Below are positions 13,884-30,257 of a stretch of DNA of 64,000 bases, piece after piece. A model generated the notes under the pieces. It ran no database searches. It saw only the letters and a program-made list of their open reading frames with translations, and was not told where the DNA came from. Position numbers and translations under genes: made by a program. The stretch's first letter is position 1. Every line of letters begins with the position of its first letter. The stretch spans positions 71,001 through 135,000 of the forward strand of contig CAXHJY010000949.1 in assembly GCA_964016885.1 (NCBI GenBank), in the 5' to 3' direction. This DNA comes from Eledone cirrhosa. Its lineage: Eukaryota.

Positions 13884-15430
13884 ATGACGACGACCAGCAC
13901 CGTCAGCAGCAACAGCAGCAATAACAGCAGCAGCTGCAACAACATCAATACCAACAACAATACCACCACCACCCTCAACAATAACATCAACAACAATACC
14001 AACACCACCACCACCAACAACAATACCAACACCACCATCAACATCACCATCAACAACAACACCACCACCAACAACAATACCAACATCAACAACAACACCG
14101 CCACCAATACCAACACCACCATCAACATCACCACCACAACCACCAACAACAATACCAACACCACCATCAACACCACCATCAACACCACCACCACCAACAA
14201 CAATACCAACACCACCATCAACACCACCACCACCAACAACAATACCAACACCACCATCAACAATACCATCACCGCCATCAACACCACCACCACCAACAAC
14301 AATACCAACACCACCATCAACACCACCACCACCAACACCACCATCAACACCATCAACACCACCACCACCAACAACAATACCAACACCAACATCACCACCA
14401 CAACCACCAACAACAATACCAACACCACCATCAACACCACCATCAACACCACCACCACCAACAACAATACCAACACCACCATCAACACCACCACCACCAA
14501 CACCACCATCAACACCACCATCAACACCACCACCACCAACAACAATACCAACACCACCATCAACACCACCACCACCACCAACAACAATACCAACACCATC
14601 AACACCACCACCACCAACAACAATACCAACAACACCACCACCACCAACAACAATAGCAACAACACCATCAACACCACCACCACCACCAACAACAATACCA
14701 ACACCATCAACACCACCACCACCAACAACAATACCAACAACACCACCACCACCAACAACAATACCAACACCACCATCAACACCACCACCACCACCAACAA
14801 CAATACCAACACCATCAACACCACCACCACCAACAACAATACCAACAACACCACCACCACCAACAACAATACCAACAACACCATCAACACCACCACCACC
14901 AACAACAATACCAACAACACCATCAACACTACCACCACCAACAACAATACCAACAACACCATCAACACCACCACCACCAACAACAATACCAACAACACCA
15001 TCAACACCACCACCACCAACAACAATACCATCAACACCATCAACACCACCATGAACACCACCACCACCAACAACAATACCAACACCACCATCAACAACAC
15101 CACCACCACCAACAACAATACCAACACCACCATCAACACCACCACCAACACCAACACCACCAACAACAATACCAACACCACCATCAACACCACCACCACC
15201 AACAACAATACCAACACCACCATCAACACCATCAACACCACCACCATCAACAACAATACCAACACCACCATCAACGCCATCAACACCACCACCATCAACA
15301 ACAATACCAACACCACCAACAACAACAATACCAACACCACAACCACCAACAACAATACCAACACCACCATCAACACCATCAACACCACCACCATCAACAA
15401 CAATACCAACAACACCATCAACACCACTAT
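13884..15430. repeat. (AAC/ACC/ATC)n complex trinucleotide satellite
   Basis: Pure T/N/I low-complexity translation. Confidence 0.95.
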
Positions 15431-15457
15431 ATAGAAAAGGATGGCCATAATGAAAAA

Positions 15458-15646
15458 TATAATTGTTTCTACTTTTGGCACAAGGCCAGCCAAACCCAGT
15501 ACATTACTGGTACTTTATTTTATTGACCTCGTAAGGATGAAAGGCAAAGTCAACCTCGGCGGGATTTGAACTCAGATCGTAAAGGGATGTAATTATGCTG
15601 GAAAGCATGGCGTCCGACCCTCTACCGATAGCGCCAATCCACCAGC
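15458..15646 (-). mobile_element. SINE, Meta-like family, near full length
   Basis: Head GGATTGGCGCTATCGGTAGAG, B box, central domain and tail on the minus strand. Confidence 0.85.
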
Positions 15647-15957
15647 CTTTGAACTCAAATATAATGAAGCATAGATAGGATGTCTGTCATTTCTTTGACT
15701 CAACTGAAGGGTCCTCCCAACACTTTCTTTGGCAAGATTTCTATGGCTGGATGCTTTTCCTAACACCAACCACTTTACAGCATGTACTGGGTATGTTTAT
15801 TGTGTAGGTTGCCAACACTAGGAAGGCTTTCATGTCTTTGAAACAACTAATTATTTAGTAAGCTTTCTGCAGCTGGATACCCTTCCTATTACCAACACTA
15901 GGAAGGCTATGTCTTTAACACAACTGAAAGGTCCTTCCAACCCTTTATTTGGCAAGT

Positions 15958-16125
15958 TTACTGATATAATTATCTTACATAAGATCAACTCTATGAGATT
16001 TTGATATTATTTATTTTGAGAAAAATACCTTAACGTCAGCATGAGCAGCCAGTTATGGTTGGTTTGAACAAAAGAAGTGAGAGAATTCTGGCCAGCTATG
16101 GCCAGGTTAAATACAAAAGAGTATC
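15958..16125 (-). mobile_element. Partial copy of the 215-bp piggyBac-type MITE
   Basis: Homologous to 40886-41093. Confidence 0.65.
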
Positions 16126-16489
16126 AATTTGTCTTTATACTGTACCAAGATACTTTTTGTTCCTTAAGTTTCATGTCAACCATTTATACAGTACATTTTA
16201 TATACTAACTTTCCAGACTACAATTGTTGTAGTAGATATACAAATGTCTGCTTATGAAAATCTTGAATGTAATGTAATGAAAATAACTTTGTGGGGAAAG
16301 GTTAATATACACACTTAGTTCCGTATAAGTAAGACATGGTCACCTGACCTGGCATTGCCCACAACAGGACAACCGGTCTAACCCATGCAAGTGTGGAACA
16401 ATTGACATACAATGATGATGATGATGATGGCTCACACACGTGTGTGTGTGCATATCAGCTGGATGCTCTTCCTAACACCGACATTTACA

Positions 16490-16563
<74 letters not shown>

Positions 16564-16876
16564 GCATGTGTGTGTATAAATTGACTCTAATGATTTTGAG
16601 AACTTATTTTCGGTGATGGTGTGATGATGCTGGTTATTGCTTTGCTTTTTATTTTTAGTTATCTTTTTTCATCTATTATTTTCAACCCCACTACCCCCTC
16701 CTCTGTCATCCTCATTATCATCATCATCATTATCATTATTATTATTACCACTGTATTTTGGAGGGTTTTCATAAGAAACCTGATAATTTTTGGTCAATTC
16801 CAATGAATGCTAGATAATTACGCCTAGCGAAGTAGAAGCTGACACTACTTCCATATTGCGATAATAGTATTACTGC

Positions 16877-16924
<48 letters not shown>

Positions 16925-17606
16925 GTCTGTCTACCTGTCTGTCGCTCTCTCTCTATCTCATTCATTATCTTGCTATAGAAAATTCCTCAGTTTTAACGCA
17001 GCAATCCAAAGTTTCCGAAAATAAGATAGTATAATGGAAGAAATTAACACAGAAAACAAGCCTTAATGTATATACTGCAAACCCGTCCACCCCACCACCA
17101 TTATCTACAACCACTTCCGCCACCATCTGCACCACCACACTCTACAACTACCATCATTTGCAACCTTCCTTCACACTATCATCTACAACCACCATCTACA
17201 AACCTAACTACCAGCATCCTCAACAAGCTCCTCTCCCTCACCACCAGCTACAACTCTTACCTCCACCATCATCTACAAACTTCACCACCATCACCATTGG
17301 CACCACCATCCAGAATGGAAAAGTATCAGAAAAGAATGAATGAAAATTGAAGGAAATAAAAAAATACTTTTTTATTTGTTATTTTTTTTTGTATTAATCT
17401 AAGAATGAAGTGAGTACTATTTTGGTTAGTGCTGTGGAGGGGGGATTGGTTTATATTTTTGGCAAAGCATTGGAAGTTTTAGTTTCTTTTTTAATCTTCC
17501 ATGGTGTACCATTCTTGAGATGTAATATGGATGGCTAATTATATATATATAAATATATATATAGATAGATAGACAGATAAAATATCTTTTATTATGGCCA
17601 AGCAAT

Positions 17607-17707
17607 GAGTTTTGTTATTCTGGAGTTTCACCTGTATATCAAAAGATCATCAGACTCGTCTGATGGTCTTTTGAGTGTACATGTGAAACTCCAGAGTAAT
17701 ATGACTC
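17607..17707. mobile_element. Degenerate foldback element with HHR motifs on both strands
   Basis: Palindrome centred at 17656-17657; CTGATG(A/G)..GAAACTCCAGAGTA..GACTC; related to 43885-43935. Confidence 0.55.
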
Positions 17708-17751
17708 CTCTGTCATCCACAATAAAGAATATTATTAACTTCTACTTCAAT

Positions 17752-20340
17752 ATCATCATCATCATCATTGTTTTTATGTCCGATTTTTACACTTACATGT
17801 GTTGGACAAGTCCTTTTCAGCATCTCTCCACCCGGTGCGTTCCTTTGTCATCTCCACTGTGAGTGTTAGTGATTTGAGGTCAGCTTTCGCCACCTCTGCC
17901 CAGATCTTCCTTGGTCTACTTCTACTGCAGCTTCCTTCTACTGTGATTTCCTAGCACTTCTTTATCCAGCAATCATCATCCATGAGCCTTAAATGTCCAT
18001 AAAAATGCAGTCTTCTCCATTGCCCTCCATTTCTGATTCCTCTTATATCCAGTTTCACCCTCAGTTCATCCAAGCTCTGCTTTTCTCTCACATTTACATT
18101 GCACATCAAACAAATCATGGTTCTATCATTTATCTCCAGCCTAGGTATATCCTCTGCAGTCACTGCGCATGTTTTCCTATCATGCAGCATCACATATCCT
18201 CTGCAGTCACTGCCCATGTTTCACTATCATGCAGCATCACATATCCTCTGCAGTCACTGCCCATGTTTCCCTATCATGCTGCATCACATATCCTCTGCAG
18301 TCACTGCCCATGTTTCACTATCATGCTGCATCACATATCCTCTGCAGTCACTGCCCATGTTTCCTTATCATGCAGCATCACATATCCTCTGCAGTCACTG
18401 CCCATGTTTCCTTATCATGCAGCATCACATATCCTCTGCAGTCACTGCCCATGTTTCCCTATCATGCAGCATCACATATCCTCTGCAGTCACTGCCCATG
18501 TTTCCCTATCATGCAGCATCACATATCCTCTGCAGTCACTGCCCATGTTTCACTATCATGCAGCATCACATATCCTCTGCAGTCACTGCCCATGTTTCAC
18601 TATCATGCTGCATCACATATCCTCTGCAGTCACTGCCCATGTTTCACTATCATGCTGCATCACATATCCTCTGCAGTCACTGCCCATGTTTCCCTATCAT
18701 GCAGCATCACATATCCTCTGCAGTCACTGCCCATGTTTCCCTATCATGCAGCATCACATATCCTCTGCAGTCACTGCCCATGTTTCACTATCATGCAGCA
18801 TCACATATCCTCTGCAGTCACTGCCCATGTTTCACTATCATGCAGCATCACATATCCTCTGCAGTCACTGCCCATGTTTCCCTATCATGCAGCATCACAT
18901 ATCCTCTGCAGTCACTGCCCATGTTTCACTATCATACAGCATCACATATCCTCTGCAGTCACTGCCCATGTTTCACTATCATGCAGCATCACATATCCTC
19001 TGCAGTCACTGCCCATGTTTCACTATCATGCAGCATCACATATCCTCTGCAGTCACTGCCCATGTTTCACTATCATGCAGCATCACATATCCTCTGCAGT
19101 CACTGCCCATGTTTCACTATCATGCAGCATCACATATCCTCTGCAGTCACTGCCCATGGTTCACTATCATGCAGCATCACATATCCTCTGCAGTCACTGC
19201 CCATGTTTCCCTATCATGCAGCATCACATATCCTCTGCAGTCACTGCCCATGTTTCACTATCATACAGCATCACATATCCTCTGCAGTCACTGCCCATGT
19301 TTCACTATCATACAGCATCACATATCCTCTGCAGTCACTGCCCATGTTTCCCTATCATGCAGCATCACATATCCTCTGCAGTCACTGCCCATGTTTCACT
19401 ATCATACAGCATCACATATCCTCTGCAGTCACTGCCCATGTTTCACTATCATGCAGCATCACATATCCTCTGCAGTCACTGCCCATGTTTCCCTATCATG
19501 CAGCATCACATATCCTCTGCAGTCACTGCCCATGTTTCACTATCATACAGCATCACATATCCTCTGCAGTCACTGCCCATGTTTCACTATCATACAGCAT
19601 CACATATCCTCTGCAGTCACTGCCCATGTTTCACTATCATGCTGCATCACATATCCTCTGCAGTCACTGCCCATGTTTCACTATCATACAGCATCACATA
19701 TCCTCTGCAGTCACTGCCCATGTTTCACTATCATACAGCATCACATATCCTCTGCAGTCACTGCCCATGTTTCACTATCATACAGCATCACATATCCTCT
19801 GCAGTCACTGCCCATGTTTCACTATCATGCTGCATCACATATCCTCTGCAGTCACTGCCCATGTTTCACTATCATACAGCATCACATATCCTCTGCAGTC
19901 ACTGCCCATGTTTCACTATCATGCAGCATCACATATCCTCTGCAGTCACTGCCCATGTTTCCCTATCATGCTGCATCACATATCCTCTGCAGTCACTGCC
20001 CATGTTTCACTATCATGCAGCATCACATATCCTCTGCAGTCACTGCCCATGTTTCACTATCATACAGCATCACATATCCTCTGCAGTCACTGCCCATGTT
20101 TCACTATCATGCTGCATCACATATCCTCTGCAGTCACTGCCCATGTTTCACTATCATACAGCATCACATATCCTCTGCAGTCACTGCCCATGTTTCACTA
20201 TCATGCAGCATCACATATCCTCTGCAGTCACTGCCCATGTTTCACTATCATACAGCATCACATAGTGCACACAGGCATCATTACAGCTATTCATTTGTAC
20301 ATAGGGTGATTGTATATCTTTAGATACAATCTCCTTAGTG
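17752..20340 (-). mobile_element. Old RTE LINE 3' fragment containing an internal 47-bp tandem amplification
   Basis: (CAT)n tail, degenerate C-terminal ORF (RRLHFYGHLRLMDDDCWIKKC); RT homology resumes after the array. Confidence 0.8.
18146..20262. repeat. 47-bp minisatellite (about 45 copies) derived from RTE coding sequence
   Basis: Unit CATATCCTCTGCAGTCACTGCCCATGTTTCACTATCATGCAGCATCA; its reverse complement reads VMLHDSETWAVTAED. Confidence 0.95.
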
Positions 20341-20564
20341 AAGACATTTCTTGTTTGATATACCACTGGGTGGGCTCAATGAGTTGATTCTTTTACATCC
20401 AGGCTGACATATACAGACTTATGTGATATCATAACTGGGAATGTATACTGTGTCGAGTGAGTGCTAAATCCTGCTTATACAAGTGTTTATTGATTAATAC
20501 TTGCAACTGGAAAATTAATAACATATTGATTTACATGAAATAACTATATATATATAAAATCTTG

Positions 20565-20615
<51 letters not shown>

Positions 20616-20630
20616 CATATATATATATAC

Positions 20631-20765
<135 letters not shown>

Positions 20766-20776
20766 TATATACATCA

Positions 20777-21745
20777 TATCATCATCATCGTTTAACGTCC
20801 ATATTCCACGCTTGCATGGGTTTGGACGGGGGTTTTCCCAATTGAGGCAAGAGGGTTGTCTTGCTCGCATAGGACTGTCTGGCGGGTTTTCTACGGCTGG
20901 ATGCCCTTCCTAACACCAACCACATTTACCGTGTTGCCTACACGGCCACATTACAGCGTGGACTGTGTGTTTTTTTTTGTCGTGACACCTACACAACCTC
21001 ATTTGTTTCGGGCTGGATGTTGTGACACCAACATAACTTTACATTGAAGGGGTGGTGTGGATAGGGTGGGGGTAGTGGGACGGGGTGTATTTTGATAGAG
21101 GTACCTACTGACTGTAGTAGGTTTCACTTTGTACTTAGGTAAGGCGGGTCTTCTCTATTACTGAGTACCGCCAAAGGTCTCGGTCCAGTGACATTGTCTT
21201 GGAGAGGTGTAAGTGTGTGAGGTCGGAATTTATCAAGTCATTCCAGGTTTTTCTGGGTCTGCCTACTCCGTGGCTACCATCTATTTTTATTGCCCTGCTC
21301 TTTTTTATACAGCTGTCGTCTTTCATGCGCATCACGTGACCATACCAACATAGTCTTCTCTCGAGTAAACAACATCTGATAACTCTTATTTCTGATTTCT
21401 CCCTTAGTACGTTTATGCTTTGCCGTTCACGTATGTTATTATTACACATCCAGCGGAGCATGCAAACTTCGTTTCTCCCCAGTCTGTGTATATCCCCTGC
21501 ACACAATGCCCAGGTCTCAGGGCCATGTAACATTGCTGTTCGTAAGCAAGCATCATACAGCCTGCATTTCATTTTTAGAGAGAACCCTTTAGCGGCCAAT
21601 AGTGGTATAAGCTCTCTGAACTTTTTCCATCCCGTTCTGACCCTAGCTACTGTACTTTCAGAGCACCCTCCCCCACTGCTGATTTTATCACCTAGGTAAC
21701 GGAAGCTGTCCACTATTTCTATAGAACCATCTGCCATCTGTGCAA
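20777..21745 (-). mobile_element. 5'-truncated RTE LINE (RT C-terminus, 3'UTR, (GAT)n tail)
   Basis: [44 protein letters not shown]; (TA)n on both sides. Confidence 0.9.
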
Positions 21746-21795
21746 TGGAATGAGTTAGTATATACATATATATATATACATATATATATATATAC

Positions 21796-21826
<31 letters not shown>

Positions 21827-21852
21827 CATATAACATATATACATATATATAT

Positions 21853-21923
<71 letters not shown>

Positions 21924-22028
21924 TATATACATATTTATATACATATATATATACATATATATATATACATATATATACTTATATATATATCTACATATAT
22001 ATACATATATATATATACATATATATAC

Positions 22029-22076
<48 letters not shown>

Positions 22077-22083
22077 ATATACT

Positions 22084-22119
<36 letters not shown>

Positions 22120-22151
22120 CATTTATATATATATATATACATATATATATA

Positions 22152-22243
<92 letters not shown>

Positions 22244-22260
22244 ATACATATATATATATA

Positions 22261-22321
<61 letters not shown>

Positions 22322-22599
22322 GTACACATATATATATGTACACATATATATATGTACACATATATATATGTACTCATATATATATGTACATATATATATA
22401 TATACAAATATATATATATATACAAATATATATATATACAAATATATATATATACATATATATATATATACAAATATATATATACAAATATATATATATA
22501 CATATATATATACAAATATATATATATATACAAATATATATATACATATATATATATACATATATATATATATACATATATATATATACATATATATAC

Positions 22600-22646
<47 letters not shown>

Positions 22647-22661
22647 CATATATATATAAAC

Positions 22662-22710
<49 letters not shown>

Positions 22711-22770
22711 CATATATATATATACATATATATATACATATATATATATATACATATATATACATATATA

Positions 22771-22830
<60 letters not shown>

Positions 22831-22861
22831 CATATATATACATATATATACATATATATAC

Positions 22862-22922
<61 letters not shown>

Positions 22923-22933
22923 CATATATATAC

Positions 22934-23026
<93 letters not shown>

Positions 23027-23031
23027 TATAC

Positions 23032-23062
<31 letters not shown>

Positions 23063-23643
23063 CATATATATATATACATATATATACATATATATATATA
23101 TACATATATATATATACATATATATACATATATATATATATACATATATATACATATATATATATATACATATATATATACATATATATATATACATATA
23201 TATACATATATATATATATACATATATATACATATATACATATATATATATATATACATTTATATATATATATGAGAGACGTAAAATAAGAAAATTATAA
23301 AATTAACTTACTTACTAAAATATCACTTCCACCTAATTAGTTTCTGGAATGGAATAAATATATTTTCCGAAGGAGATACAGAGAAGCATTCCGTCGTCAG
23401 GGAGGTCTATTCTCATCTAAGTATCCAGCCAAAGCGTGGACACTGGAAACTTATTAAAAAATAATTCAGTGGATAGGAAATAGCAAAGCGTGGACTGAAT
23501 TCCTAGCCATTGAGAAAATCACTGCCTCTGCGTCGGTGGCAAATTCAAAAAGAATCAATCACTTGACATATATATATATATATATACACATATATATATA
23601 CATATATATATACATATATATACATATATATATATATATATAT

Positions 23644-23777
<134 letters not shown>

Positions 23778-24044
23778 TAGAAAGTGAGGTTTTTTTTTAC
23801 AAAATGAAAAATAACCGAGGTGTCCTACACGAGTGGAAGTATAAAGAAAAAGGGATGAAATCGAAAATGCAACTGAAGTCTTATTTTTTAAAAATATACA
23901 TGATGTGAGAAAAACCACAGACCCTCCATCTCAACTCACCTTTTGAAAAGCAGAAGAACTGCGAAACCGGTAAAGGAACCAAATAAATATATATATTTAA
24001 ATAAGACTTCAGTTGCATTTTCGATTTCATCCCTTTTTCTTTAT
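23778..24044. mobile_element. Foldback family C copy with an internal deletion; minimal HHR (U3-A8 variant) at 23939-23976 on the plus strand
   Basis: CCTT-TTGAAAA-GCAG aagaa CTGC-GAAA-CCGG-TA-AAGG; same ends as 33647-34010. Confidence 0.8.
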
Positions 24045-24047
24045 ATA

Positions 24048-24179
<132 letters not shown>

Positions 24180-24183
24180 CACA

Positions 24184-24223
<40 letters not shown>

Positions 24224-24227
24224 ATAC

Positions 24228-24258
<31 letters not shown>

Positions 24259-24275
24259 CATATATACATATATAC

Positions 24276-24406
<131 letters not shown>

Positions 24407-24413
24407 CATATAC

Positions 24414-24444
<31 letters not shown>

Positions 24445-24828
24445 CATATATATATTATATACATATACATATATATATATACACATATATATATATATAC
24501 ATATAATATATATACATATATATATATACATATATATATATACACATATATATATATATTCATATATATATATACATATATATATATACAATATATATAT
24601 ACATTATATATACATATATATATACACATATATATATACACTATATATATACATATATACATATATATACATATATATATAACATATATATACATATATA
24701 TACATATATATACATATATATACATATATATACATATATATATATATTACACACATATATATATACATATATACATATATATACATATATATATACATAT
24801 ATATACATATATATACATACATATATAC

Positions 24829-24973
<145 letters not shown>

Positions 24974-24989
24974 CATATTAATATAGATG

Positions 24990-25040
24990 AGATTCTACAG
25001 GACTAGAACTGTTTCATTCATTAGAAATCATCAGGAATCT
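24990..25040 (-). ncRNA. HHR-like motif, family D
   Basis: Minus strand AGATTC-CTGATGA-TTTCTAATGAAT-GAAA-CAGTTCTAG-TC-CTGTA-GAATCT. Confidence 0.6.
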
Positions 25041-25704
25041 GGGTATCAAAAAATAAATATGGTATTTATAGGTCTCTACAAGTGGTAGGAGAGGGTGGGG
25101 AGTGGGATGGGTGCAGGTCATTGGTTGATAGAAAAGGGAATTCATTAAAAGCTAATTCTACAAAGCTATAGTTTATTTTTATTTTTATTTATATTTATTT
25201 ATGTTTTTAGAGTAACAAAGGCAGACAGAATTCTATAAACAGGTTCCGGATGGCATACCATTCCTTGTCAATAAGTTTCTCTTAAGCTAACAGATGTCTA
25301 TAAAATCAGTGGGGCGTCAGTCATGGTCGATAGAATTAAGAGAAGGGAGATTCTTTAAAAGCTAAAGTCATTAAGGTTCTACTAAGTGACAAAGGTCTAG
25401 AGAATTCTGCAGACAGATTCAAAATACTGAGTGCATATCTTACTATTATCTTCGAACTTCTCTTAAACTAATCAACTATATGCCAAAAATCAACAGACAC
25501 ATTCACAAAAAAACAAAAAAACAAAAAAACAAAAAAACACATACTCACTCACACACTTACGCGCAACCATAAACACACACACAAACACATATACACACAT
25601 AAAAACACACACACATATATAAAAAATATATAAATATATATAAATATATATTCATGTACACACACATACATACACACATACATACATACATACATATATA
25701 ATAC

Positions 25705-25779
<75 letters not shown>

Positions 25780-25981
25780 CACACATACACACACACACAC
25801 AGATATATATATATATAAATATATATATACACACAGATACACACACACATACACATACATCACACACACACACATATATACACAAATAAATACACTCACA
25901 CGCATACATACAAACACGAGTATACATATGTATAAATATCTATACACACACATATACACACATATATATATATATATATAT

Positions 25982-26043
<62 letters not shown>

Positions 26044-26162
26044 CCATACATATACAAACATACACATACATACACAGACCTATACATAAATATACACATA
26101 TATATACAGACATATAACGCATATATACACACACAAATACATATACATATATATATACATAC

Positions 26163-26245
<83 letters not shown>

Positions 26246-26359
26246 CACACACACGCATACACACATACACACACCCACACAAAATATATATACACACTCT
26301 CTCTCTCACGCACATATATATATATATATACACATATATATATACATACATATATATAC

Positions 26360-26404
<45 letters not shown>

Positions 26405-26560
26405 CACATATATATATATATATACACACATACACACACATCACACATATATACATACATACACACATACATATACACATGTATATACACACATATATAC
26501 ACACATACACACACACACATATATATATATATACATATATATACATATATACATACACAC

Positions 26561-26595
<35 letters not shown>

Positions 26596-26708
26596 TACAC
26601 ATACATATATATATACATATATATACACACACATATATATATATATATATATACACACATACATATACACACACACACATACACACATATACATATATAC
26701 ATACAAAT

Positions 26709-26758
<50 letters not shown>

Positions 26759-26778
26759 CTGCCCACACAACCATATAC

Positions 26779-26864
<86 letters not shown>

Positions 26865-26876
26865 GCACACACATAC

Positions 26877-26979
<103 letters not shown>

Positions 26980-27286
26980 TACACACATACATACACATAC
27001 ATATATACATATACATATATATATATACACATATATATATATATATATATATATAACACACATACATATACACATATATATACATATACACACACATACA
27101 CACATACACACATACACATACATATACATAAACATACATACATACATACACATACATACATACATACATACACACATATATATATACATATATATATATA
27201 TATACACATATATATATATATACATACATATACACAAACATATACATACATATACATACATAATATATACATATATACATATATAC

Positions 27287-27418
<132 letters not shown>

Positions 27419-27419
27419 T

Positions 27420-27472
<53 letters not shown>

Positions 27473-27474
27473 TT

Positions 27475-27580
<106 letters not shown>

Positions 27581-27609
27581 CATATATATATATATATATA
27601 TACATATAT

Positions 27610-27697
27610 AGTTTTAATGTAGAAGAGATTCTACAGGACTAGAACTGTTCATTCATTAGAAATCATCAGGAATCCTCCGATTCAACCCGGAATAACG
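27610..27697. mobile_element. Collapsed family D element: HHR on the minus strand joined to the element terminus in opposite orientation
   Basis: TCCGATTCAACCCGGAATAAC is the reverse complement of the terminus at 54448-54468. Confidence 0.65.
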
Positions 27698-27724
27698 TAT
27701 ATATATATACATATATATATATAT

Positions 27725-27803
<79 letters not shown>

Positions 27804-27844
27804 TATACGTATATATACCATATACATATATATATGTATATATA

Positions 27845-28875
27845 ACAACACCAAAGCCCAAGTCATCCTGATATCACTGCTCTACACCAACACCAAAGCC
27901 CAAGTCATTACACCTGATGGGATGACAGAGTTCTTTGAGATACTGGCTGGAGTGCTCCAGGGAGATACATTGGCTCCCTACCTTTTTGTCATCGTACTGG
28001 ACTATTGTATGCGCCTTGCACTGGAGAAACACCAGGACTCTGGCTTTACTGTAGCACCGGCTCAGAGTAGTAGAGTTGGGGCGAAAAAGGTATCGGATGC
28101 TGAATTTGCCGACGACATAGTTTTGGTGACAGATACAGTGAGGGAGGCAGAGGATTTGATGCGGGAGGTTGAGACTGTGTCGATGAGTGTGGGGCTGAGA
28201 ATGAATGAGACTAAAACAAAATATCTGGTAGAGAATGTTGGGAAGCCAGAGGGGATCACTAATGTAGGCGGGAAGCCGCTGGAATTGGTTGAGGACTTCC
28301 TGTATTTGGGAGCAAAGATTGGGAATACGGAAGATGATGTGGTTGAGAGGAAGAGCAAGGCCTGGGCGGCGTGTCACGGCTTGAGATCGGTGTGGAAGTC
28401 GGACCTTCGTGGAGACCTGAAAATCCGCCTCTTCATTGCTGTAGTGGAGTCTGTGCTGCTGTATGGGTCTGAGACTTGGACACTGACCAAGAGACTCACT
28501 CAGATGGTGGATGGGTGCTACACGAGAATGCTGAGGATGGCTCTGAACATTAATCAGTATACACTGAGGATGAAAAACTCAGAGCTGTATGGGAGCATCC
28601 CAAAAGTCAGCTCAAAAGTGACACAGGGGAGACTGAGGTTGGCTGGACATGCTCACCGACATCCAGAGTTGACATTGCACTCAGTGCTCCTTTGGGAGCC
28701 CCTACATGGACACACTAGAAGAGGAAGACCAAGGTTAACATATGTTGATGCCCTAAGGACAGACACTGGTCTGTTGGAGATGCAGGATATGGCAGCGATA
28801 ATGAGGGACAGAGACCGCTGGAGAGAACTCGTCCATGGATCTCGGGAATTTTACCCGCCTTAGATAGATAGATAG

Positions 28876-28877
<2 letters not shown>
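27845..28877 (+). mobile_element. 5'-truncated LINE of a second RTE-like family; uninterrupted RT C-terminal ORF 27922-28863
   Basis: [37 protein letters not shown]; stop codon runs straight into a (TAGA)n tail. Confidence 0.9.
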
Positions 28878-28950
<73 letters not shown>

Positions 28951-28956
28951 CATATG

Positions 28957-29472
<516 letters not shown>

Positions 29473-29487
29473 CATATATATATATAC

Positions 29488-29540
<53 letters not shown>

Positions 29541-29555
29541 CATATATATATATAC

Positions 29556-29608
<53 letters not shown>

Positions 29609-29623
29609 CATATATATATATAC

Positions 29624-30247
<624 letters not shown>

Positions 30248-30257
30248 CATATATATA

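Noticed and set aside
13847-15493. 516-aa T/N-rich and 548-aa V/L-rich ORFs resembling mucin or membrane proteins
   Set aside because: Trinucleotide satellite; no signal peptide, domain or splice context
17993-20323. Three overlapping His/Cys-rich ORFs of about 700-780 aa
   Set aside because: Antisense reading of a stop-free 47-bp minisatellite derived from RTE RT
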